DNA of 64,000 nucleotides, from NCBI GenBank assembly GCA_963783905.1, contig CAWAPG010000007.1:197281-261280 (forward strand). Reading direction: 5' to 3'. Below are positions 57,409-64,000 of this stretch, in pieces. How positions within the stretch are numbered: position 1 is the first letter of the stretch; each line of letters opens with the position of its first letter. Below the pieces are notes generated by a model, which worked only from the letters and a program-made list of their open reading frames with translations, was not told the DNA's origin and did no database searches. The translations under genes were made by a program, and so were the position numbers. Source of the DNA: an uncultured delta proteobacterium. Its GTDB lineage: Bacteria; Desulfobacterota; Desulfobulbia; Desulfobulbales; BM004.

Positions 57409-58350
57409 ATGAACAATACTTACGCCGCCCAATCAACCGGGCTTTCACGGCTCAAGCTGTTCCTGGCCCTGTCCAGAACACCGCACGGGCTTCTTGATCT
57501 GGCAACGCCGCTTCTTGCCGCCGTGTTGTGGCTTGGCGACATCCCGGACGGCAAAACCGCCGTTCTCGGCGTCATCGCCGCCTTTGCCGGTTATACCGCG
57601 GTCTATGCCCTGAATGATATCGTTGATTACAAAACGGATAAGGAAAAGATACAACAGGAAGGATTTCGCCAGGGGGACAACTACCTGGACAGTGCTTTTG
57701 TACGGCACCCGCTGGCCCAGGGGATGATCGCCATGCCGGAGGCTATTGCCTGGGCGGGCGGCTGGGCCCTGCTTTCACTGATCACCGCCTACCTGCTGAA
57801 TCCCGTTTGCGCCTATATCCTGATTCTTGGCTGCGTCCTTGAAATTATCTACTGCCTCCTTTTCCGGGTCAGCCGGTTCCGGACGCTGGTGAGCGGCGTG
57901 GTAAAAACATTGGGCGGCCTTGCCGCCGTATTTGCAGTGGATAATTCTCCCGATCCCGGCATTCTGGCCCTTCTTTTTTTCTGGCTTTTTTTCTGGGAGA
58001 TCGGCGGCCAGAATGTGGTTGCCGACTGGCATGATATCGAGGAGGACAGGACGCTTGGGGCTAAAACTATCCCGGTTTTCTATGGCACCCGGGACGGAAG
58101 TATCATCGTTCTCGGTTCCCTCACCGTCAGCGTCATGCTGAGCGGCTTCCTTTTATGGCGGGTCCCCCTTGAACTCCCGCTTTTTCTCTATATCGGTGCC
58201 CTGGCCGCCGGGATTTTCCTGCTGCTGCTGCCGGCGCTGCGTCTCTACAGGACCAGGAGCAGAGATCATGCTTCGGCCCTCTTCAATACCGCGAGTTATT
58301 ATCCGGCCAGTCTGCTGGTCATCGTTGCTTTGTCCCTGCTTCTCGAATAA
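57409..58350 (+). CDS. UbiA-family aromatic prenyltransferase
   Basis: NDIVDYKTDKE (NDxxDxxxD) and a second Asp-rich region (WHDIEEDR), with about 8-9 TM helices. It starts 4 nt after ccoI. Confidence 0.85.
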   Translation: MNNTYAAQSTGLSRLKLFLALSRTPHGLLDLATPLLAAVLWLGDIPDGKTAVLGVIAAFAGYTAVYALNDIVDYKTDKEKIQQEGFRQGDNYLDSAFVRHPLAQGMIAMPEAIAWAGGWALLSLITAYLLNPVCAYILILGCVLEIIYCLLFRVSRFRTLVSGVVKTLGGLAAVFAVDNSPDPGILALLFFWLFFWEIGGQNVVADWHDIEEDRTLGAKTIPVFYGTRDGSIIVLGSLTVSVMLSGFLLWRVPLELPLFLYIGALAAGIFLLLLPALRLYRTRSRDHASALFNTASYYPASLLVIVALSLLLE

Positions 58351-58419
58351 AGGCATTTGATGCCAAACAGAACATTGCATACTGCGGGTGATAGTTTGTC
58401 CGGATCCGGCTGTGGTAAT

Positions 58420-59199
58420 TTATTCTTTCCGGTCCGCTGCTTCCTGTTTCTGATCGGTTGCCAGCGGGAAGGTAAGCTTCGCCCCGAACCAGCCGATCAC
58501 GCTGACAATGAGAACAAGGGCACAGATTAGAAAAATAAAGAAATAAGAGGCCGCAGAGCGATTTATGAGGATTTCAGGCTCCAGCAGCCGCCATGAAAAG
58601 AGGACGGCGCAATCCAGCAGCAGAAGGATCGAGCACCATATTTTGATTAGCACCGGCCGTATCGGCCTGGCCTGGTAATTGATCCACCAGGTCAGAAAGC
58701 CGGTACCCATGGCCGGGGGAATAAAAATGAGACCGGCGCCCAGGCTATGAAAAGACGTGGCCTCAAGGGACCGGCTGCCGGTGAGCAGGGCAAGCAGCAT
58801 AAAACCCGCGGCGGCAAACATGAAGACAATGGGGTAATGGATCAGCATGGGGTGAGGATGACGCCTGAAAAAAGGATACCGGTCAAGAAAGCTCTTCAGC
58901 CAGGAAGGCAGCTGTTGATCGGCCCCACCCTCATTATCGGTGAGAACGCCCACCTGCGTGAATTCTGCAAAAACCTCTTCCCCGTGGGGGGCGGCCCCGA
59001 AGTCCGCCGTGAGGTCCCGGCCCGCCTTATGCCGCTTCATATGCATGCCGGTTTTCCACAGCTTGCTTCCTGAGACGTCAAAAACCTTGCCGTCGCGGGC
59101 AATAAATATCTTCCCGTCTTCATTGCTGCCGTCGAATTCGGCCAGGGTCTGTTGATCAAATTCCTGCATCGTTTCTGGTTTTTTCGGAATTTTATGCAA
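58420..59199 (-). CDS. Cytochrome b5-like haem/steroid-binding domain fused to a DUF2231-like membrane domain
   Basis: N-terminal FDGSNEDGKIFIARDGKVFDVS...WK.G.H (cytochrome b5-like). Then HPHPMLIHYPIVF followed by 4 TM helices. Confidence 0.75.
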   Translation of the reverse strand: MHKIPKKPETMQEFDQQTLAEFDGSNEDGKIFIARDGKVFDVSGSKLWKTGMHMKRHKAGRDLTADFGAAPHGEEVFAEFTQVGVLTDNEGGADQQLPSWLKSFLDRYPFFRRHPHPMLIHYPIVFMFAAAGFMLLALLTGSRSLEATSFHSLGAGLIFIPPAMGTGFLTWWINYQARPIRPVLIKIWCSILLLLDCAVLFSWRLLEPEILINRSAASYFFIFLICALVLIVSVIGWFGAKLTFPLATDQKQEAADRKE

Positions 59200-59290
59200 T
59201 CTGGGCAGGACCGTTCATCCCTTGAGGGGATTAATTGACTGCACATCAATAAATAATGAACAATTTAACCGTTCAGCAATCCAATGGTTT

Positions 59291-59327
59291 TGATTAAAAC
59301 AGGTACGGGGATAAAGTCAAGTCAATG
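59291..59327 (-). promoter_or_regulatory. Conserved promoter-like element, copy B
   Basis: The minus strand reads TTGACT (59320-59315), a 16-nt spacer, then TTTAAT (59298-59293), about 90 nt upstream of the 59199 start. 32 of 37 nt are identical to 19041-19077. Confidence 0.45.
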
Positions 59328-59467
59328 CTTGTACTTCGCCCTGTAAAAGAAATGGTGCAAAAAAGGGAAAAGAAACTTTAACGGTGACGGCTTCAGCTCC
59401 CTATATTGCCTTTTTTTCCTGTATACAGAACTATTAACCTGAATCCGTGAAAAAATTTGGAGCTTAT

Positions 59468-59671
59468 ATGCCTTATGTGAATATTAAAATAACCAGAGAA
59501 AACGTAACCGCAGATCAAAAGACCGCTCTTATCAGGGGAGTGACCGACCTCCTGGCCGAAGTTCTGGGAAAGAACCCGGCAACTACAGTGGTGGTTATAG
59601 ATGAGGTTAACACCGACAACTGGGGCATTGGCGGCGAGCCTGTAACAAAACGACGGCAGCGCGGCCAATAA
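59468..59671 (+). CDS. 4-oxalocrotonate tautomerase family protein
   Basis: MPYVNIKI (catalytic Pro1 after Met) with GGAG upstream, 67 aa. The track start at 59447 is an upstream GTG. Confidence 0.85.
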   Translation: MPYVNIKITRENVTADQKTALIRGVTDLLAEVLGKNPATTVVVIDEVNTDNWGIGGEPVTKRRQRGQ

Positions 59672-59817
59672 AGAATGAAAATAAATCCCGGACACGTTAT
59701 TAATGGTAATGACCGTTAACTGTTTTCAGATCAAAATTTATTATGCTGCAGCCTGGGAGAATTTTACTGCGGCATAAGTAATGTGTATATTCTACGATTC
59801 AGACAATTTCCCGGAGG

Positions 59818-60111
59818 TTGGCCATGGCAACAATTTTTTATGTCAGAAAAGGGGCGAAGGCAGACAATATTGCCTCAAGCAGAGAAGTTGCAGTTGCAGA
59901 TATTATAAACTTATACGGCTCTGACCCATCAAATTATGCCTATATGAAAGGCGCGGATCCATCCGATGTCATTGCGGACAAGGGGCAGGCTAAAATGCAG
60001 GCTGATCCCGCCTATGCTGTGGTCAAAATCGACCGGAACGAGATTCATCAGGATACATTTCCCGAGGCGGGTTTTTATATTGTCAAGGATGCGAAACCTC
60101 GGCAAGGCTGA
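59818..60111 (+). CDS. Hypothetical protein
   Basis: 97-aa ORF with GGAGG upstream. No family recognised. Confidence 0.5.
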   Translation: MAMATIFYVRKGAKADNIASSREVAVADIINLYGSDPSNYAYMKGADPSDVIADKGQAKMQADPAYAVVKIDRNEIHQDTFPEAGFYIVKDAKPRQG

Positions 60112-60164
60112 TTTTGAATGGTGGGTCGACATGCAGACCCTCACCGTGAGAAAATGTTTTCATC

Positions 60165-60809
60165 ATGCTTTTTATCGGTATAGACCTCTCAGGCCCCAGC
60201 AACAGAGGAGAAACTGCAGTAGCTACCTTTGTTGCAGACGGTGGGGGAGATTTAATTGCGCACAAATTTTTGCTGGGGGCTGATGACTACCAGATTTTAC
60301 ACTTTGCCCTCTCGCTGCAGAACCGGGGAAATATTGTTGTCGGCCTTGATGCGCCGCTTTCCTATAACGTCGGCGGCGGCGACCGTCCGGCAGATGCCGA
60401 GCTGCGGCGGAGAATTATCAAGATCGGGCTGCGGTCCGGTTCGGTGATGCCACCGACGATGACGCGCATGGTGTATTTAACCCTGCGCGGCATTTCTGTC
60501 GCCCGCCTGCTTCGTAATACCAATGAAAAAATAAAAATTGTCGAGGTTCATCCCGGCGCTGCGATGGCCCTGAGAGGAGCATCGGTCAATGATGTCCGCA
60601 CCTATAAACACAATAAAAAATCCCGGCGGAATCTATTGGCCTGGCTGGAGAGACAGAGACTGAAAAATGCTGCGGCCATCAAGGATCCAAGCGATCATTA
60701 TGTGGCGGCATGCGCCGCTGCACTGGCAGCATGGAAATGGCACCACAACAAAGCCGTCTGGATTCACCCGGCGGAACAGCCGGTTCATCCCTTTGATTAT
60801 GCTTGTTAA
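60165..60809 (+). CDS. DUF429-like protein (predicted RNase H-fold)
   Basis: FIGIDLSG...VGLDAPLSY...EVHPGAA pattern, as recalled for DUF429. Confidence 0.7.
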   Translation: MLFIGIDLSGPSNRGETAVATFVADGGGDLIAHKFLLGADDYQILHFALSLQNRGNIVVGLDAPLSYNVGGGDRPADAELRRRIIKIGLRSGSVMPPTMTRMVYLTLRGISVARLLRNTNEKIKIVEVHPGAAMALRGASVNDVRTYKHNKKSRRNLLAWLERQRLKNAAAIKDPSDHYVAACAAALAAWKWHHNKAVWIHPAEQPVHPFDYAC

Positions 60810-60867
60810 AAACAGAATTATTTTAGGATCTTATGCACTATAATCATCCGAAATACAGGAGTCACAA

Positions 60868-61152
60868 ATGGCTGCATATCTCGTCGGACATATCACGGTT
60901 AAAAATAACGAACTATGGCAGAAATACGTGGCAGGCGTCCAGGAATCACTTGCCCCCTTTGATGCAAAAGTTCTCTTCAGAGGACAAATGGTCAGCATTC
61001 TAGCCGGAAAACACGACCACAATCTGGTGGTTGTCATTGAATTTGCCGATCAATCCACCCTGGTCAGCTGGTACGGTTCCGAAAAGTACCAGTCCATGGT
61101 CCCCCTAAGGGACGAGGCGGCAGATGTGGTAATTATTGCCTATAATGCCTAG
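60868..61152 (+). CDS. DUF1330 protein
   Basis: 94 aa with AYLVGHITVKN...W.KY...V...L.PF...VIEFAD...WY.S..YQ, the typical DUF1330 pattern. Confidence 0.85.
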   Translation: MAAYLVGHITVKNNELWQKYVAGVQESLAPFDAKVLFRGQMVSILAGKHDHNLVVVIEFADQSTLVSWYGSEKYQSMVPLRDEAADVVIIAYNA

Positions 61153-61355
61153 CGACTGCATCAACATACCATTTATCGTTAGTGCAGTTTCTTCTCCTGC
61201 GGCCGCGGTATTTTATTCCCGGTTGCAGGAAGTGCTCCCTGGTCTCGAATGTTGACGCATTAATTATGTATGGGCAATATAACCAGGCTATTTTCTGACC
61301 AACGGATGTGTATTACTATGTATTCATATCCTGACTTTGCACCTCGTCTGAAAAA

Positions 61356-62372
61356 ATGATCAAAAAAAAAATGCCATTTCTTATCCCCGGTACTGCCGTA
61401 CTCTGTCTGCTGGTGGTCATGATTCTTGTTGCTTCGGGCGGCGGCGGGGAAAAAACCTATACCAATCCGGTACTGGTTGAAACCATGGTCATCCACAGGA
61501 CAGAGCCCGATAATTTTTCAGGGATGCTCGGCATAGGTGATCCAACAGTACTATTCCATGACGGCAGATACTACCTTTACCCGACAGGGGACAACCGCGG
61601 TTATGATGTTTATATATCCGACGATCTGGTGCACTGGGAAAAAGGGGGCAGGGTATTTCAGTCCACTGAAAGGGGAGTCTGGGCCCCGGATGTTTTCTAC
61701 AACCGGGCGGATAAGCAATTCTACCTGTACTATACGGTAAGCGGACGCATAGGTGTGGCCGTATCCGGGCGGCCCGACGGACTGTTCAAAGACCGGGGAA
61801 CATTGATTGAAAACGGCATAGACGCCCATATGTTTGAAGATGATGATGGGAAATACTATCTCTACTATGTGCAGTATCCGGGATTCAGGATCCATGTTCA
61901 GCCCATGGAATCCCCGGTGCGGAAGAAAGGGCATTCAATCCGGATCATCCAGGCAACCGATCCCTGGGAAAAAAAACACGCCGCCCTGACCGAGGCCCCC
62001 TGGATGCTGAAACACCGCAACGTTTATTACCTGCTTTATTCCGCCAGCGGCGCCGATACCGAGGATTACGCCATCGGGTATGCAACCGCTGACAATCCCC
62101 TCGGCCCCTTTACCAAATACAGCGGCAATCCCATAGTAAAAAAGGGGGGCAACATCTTTGGCCCGGGACACTGCGCGGTAACAAAAACCCCGGACGGACA
62201 GTTGTGGATGGTGTACCATCAGCAGAAAAACGGCATGCAGGGATGGAACCGGATCATCTGCATCGATCCTGTCCGGTTTGATGACCGGGGCGTCCTGCAT
62301 GTCAATGCGACCCGCGGGGTACCCAGACCGGTTCCTGGCAGCAGTGCGTGGAAAAACAAGGGCCGAACGTAA
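61356..62372 (+). CDS. Glycoside hydrolase family 43 protein with N-terminal membrane anchor/signal
   Basis: DPTVLFHDGRYYLY, WAPDVFY and YYLYY propeller-blade motifs. A hydrophobic N-terminus. A second in-frame ATG lies at 61371. Confidence 0.85.
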   Translation: MIKKKMPFLIPGTAVLCLLVVMILVASGGGGEKTYTNPVLVETMVIHRTEPDNFSGMLGIGDPTVLFHDGRYYLYPTGDNRGYDVYISDDLVHWEKGGRVFQSTERGVWAPDVFYNRADKQFYLYYTVSGRIGVAVSGRPDGLFKDRGTLIENGIDAHMFEDDDGKYYLYYVQYPGFRIHVQPMESPVRKKGHSIRIIQATDPWEKKHAALTEAPWMLKHRNVYYLLYSASGADTEDYAIGYATADNPLGPFTKYSGNPIVKKGGNIFGPGHCAVTKTPDGQLWMVYHQQKNGMQGWNRIICIDPVRFDDRGVLHVNATRGVPRPVPGSSAWKNKGRT

Positions 62373-62456
62373 ACCGGATCATATAATTGAAACGGCATGA
62401 AAGTCCTCCCCTTGCCCGGCACCTTAACGTTCCCCGGGGAAGGTCAGTTTCCGGAT

Positions 62457-62828
62457 TTATTCCCCAACGCTGAATTCTATGGTATCAACGTATGATCCAA
62501 AACTATCATAAATCCGAAACGTGTAAGAACCGCGTGGTAAATACTTCCAACAGGTAAGAATCTCATTATCTCCGACTTTATTTACGCTCCCGGAATCAAC
62601 ACTTTCCAACACACCCTGCTTATACAACCGGTAAGAAAATGTTGAACTCCCATAGCCGGATATCTTCACACATGGGGTTTCATCTCCCCTGAAAAAATCA
62701 CGGCTTGCGTTCACGCCGGAGTATCTGTCCTGTTTTGCGACAGGGTATATTGCTTTGTTGGGAGGGCTGCCGGCCGCACAACCACTCATTACAGCCAAAA
62801 CAGATATGAAAAGAGCGAGTTTTTTCAT
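62457..62828 (-). CDS. Small lipoprotein, function unknown
   Basis: 123 aa. The signal peptide MKKLALFISVLAVMSGC carries a lipobox. Local GC is lower than in the surrounding sequence. Confidence 0.65.
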   Translation of the reverse strand: MKKLALFISVLAVMSGCAAGSPPNKAIYPVAKQDRYSGVNASRDFFRGDETPCVKISGYGSSTFSYRLYKQGVLESVDSGSVNKVGDNEILTCWKYLPRGSYTFRIYDSFGSYVDTIEFSVGE

Positions 62829-63091
62829 GGGAACCTCAACTTGCAGGATTCATAATAAAATCCTAACTCAAATGAAACCTATCGAAAAGTGATATTTAGG
62901 TCCGGAATCTGAACTCCACGGACCAGCTTCCCGCATATAATTCCTTTGTTTTATCCGCGGTAACAGGTGAAAGCAATGCTGTCAATACTGTGTATTTTAA
63001 TTATCCCTGTGATTTTTCAATGTATCCTGCGCCCAGATGCATCCACCGAAGAAATAATGTTATTAATTGCGGCCGTTGATTTTCACCCGGA

Positions 63092-63634
63092 TTATCCCGC
63101 CGGTGGTGCCGGACCACCGAAAAGGGAATACAGGACCATGAGGATTACCGCCTGGATGACCCAGCCGACGGCACAGACCCCTACGGCGCGCAGGGTACTT
63201 TTATAGTCAAGGGCCTGCCGAACCGCGATCACCATTGCCACGAGCATCCAGATGGAAGCCACTGAATATACCACCATGCTCAACCCCGGGATAATGCCTA
63301 ATACCCGGATCAGGCCGGGAGAGCTCGAAAAGCCTATGGTGCGCAGCAACTCACCGTGATCTGCATCGGTCTGCGGTTCGGGCAGGAGCTTCGTGCCGAT
63401 AAAATAGGTAAAATAAGCCCAGATATACCATCCTATAAGGGATGCGGCAATTCCCACCAGGATGGTGCCGATCCCGGTCGCGCCCATGCCGATACCGCCT
63501 ATGCCTGCAGCGACGCTGGAAAGGACGACAACACCCATTGCCTGTCCCATTGCATTTTTGTCCGCCTCAACTTCTTCATACAATGCAGCATCCAATTTGG
63601 CAGCGCGCAGTATGCGATCGGTAAATACACTCAT
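63092..63634 (-). CDS. Yip1-domain membrane protein
   Basis: AGGAGG upstream of ATG 63634. The N-terminus ILRAAKLDAALYEEVEADKNAMGQA is followed by 5 TM helices, as in bacterial YIP1 family proteins. Confidence 0.75.
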   Translation of the reverse strand: MSVFTDRILRAAKLDAALYEEVEADKNAMGQAMGVVVLSSVAAGIGGIGMGATGIGTILVGIAASLIGWYIWAYFTYFIGTKLLPEPQTDADHGELLRTIGFSSSPGLIRVLGIIPGLSMVVYSVASIWMLVAMVIAVRQALDYKSTLRAVGVCAVGWVIQAVILMVLYSLFGGPAPPAG

Positions 63635-63820
63635 AAAAAAATTCCTCCTGAATTTGAGATCCTGGTATACTGGATATTTACACCATGGGGAGTATCGTAA
63701 CCAATAACGACAAAGAGTAAATAAATATTTCAGAAAAAAGCGGGAAACCCGGGGAAACAACCGGCGACAACCCTAATGCGGGAGAACACATCCCCTGCCG
63801 TCCTATTATTGAGCAGACAC

Positions 63821-64000
63821 ATGAACAGCCACGCCGTCATAGTTCTTGATTTCGAAACCACCGGACTCTCGCCCCATTACGGGGACCGAGCCATTGAAAT
63901 CGGCGCCGTGCGTCTGGAAAACGATATCGTCACGGATCGTTTTCAGAGCCTGATGAATCCGGGCTTCAGAATCAGTTCCTTTATCGAGGCCTACACCGGC
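63821..64000 (+). CDS. DnaQ-like 3'-5' exonuclease (DNA polymerase III epsilon family), 5' partial at window edge
   Basis: My own translation from ATG 63821 gives [18 protein letters not shown]...AIEIGAV, the ExoI motif DxE. The ORF runs off the end of the window. Confidence 0.8.
   Translation, partial: MNSHAVIVLDFETTGLSPHYGDRAIEIGAVRLENDIVTDRFQSLMNPGFRISSFIEAYTG

Noticed and set aside
61362-61371. A10 homopolymer between two in-frame ATGs at the start of the GH43 gene, considered as a phase-variation or frameshift site
   Set aside because: It is in frame as it stands. The downstream ATG 61371 would still initiate the signal peptide if the tract length changed, so no functional switch is implied. 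I note it only because the assembly shows homopolymer-linked frameshifts elsewhere.
1-64000. CRISPR arrays, rRNA and tRNA genes, transposases or integrases, toxin-antitoxin or other defence-system signatures
   Set aside because: I saw no regularly spaced direct repeats, no cloverleaf-like or rRNA-like segments, and no recognisable transposase, integrase or defence-protein motifs. The only RT belongs to a structurally supported group II intron.

Overview
This 64-kb chromosomal window comes from a Gram-negative-type bacterium, judged from lipobox lipoproteins, Tat signals and moderately high GC by eye. I cannot assign a taxon by inspection. Respiratory genes dominate the content. They include a cyoABCDE haem-copper quinol oxidase operon (minus strand, 21.6-26.3 kb). 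A periplasmic Cys-type formate dehydrogenase follows with its FeS, TorD-like and Tat-target accessory genes (29.0-36.7 kb), then cydAB (41.4-43.9 kb). A complete alternative complex III (act) gene set lies physically interleaved with a cbb3-type oxidase and its maturation genes (44.2-57.4 kb). The rest is central metabolism (fumC, fbp, class I aldolase), a small metal-homeostasis patch, lipid and prenyl enzymes, and several DUF-type accessory genes. One apparently complete group II intron is the only mobile element I can support. I saw no rRNA, tRNA or CRISPR. The main items for a second look are as follows. (1) The act genes are in non-canonical order and fused into one co-directional block with ccoN, a ccoO-cytochrome c fusion, ccoS and ccoI. 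(2) Two otherwise intact genes (actB and an EboE-like TIM-barrel gene) are each broken by a 1-nt frameshift exactly at a homopolymer (G5, A8). (3) A detached EboD/EboE-like pair sits in a quinone methyltransferase and cydAB context. (4) A dihaem, Cys-rich-repeat, C-terminally anchored surface protein lies directly downstream of cyoE. (5) A lipoprotein gene consists of two near-identical 849-nt tandem copies. (6) A 37-nt promoter-like element is conserved upstream of two unrelated minus-strand genes. All family assignments come from motif recognition by eye and need HMM or BLAST confirmation.
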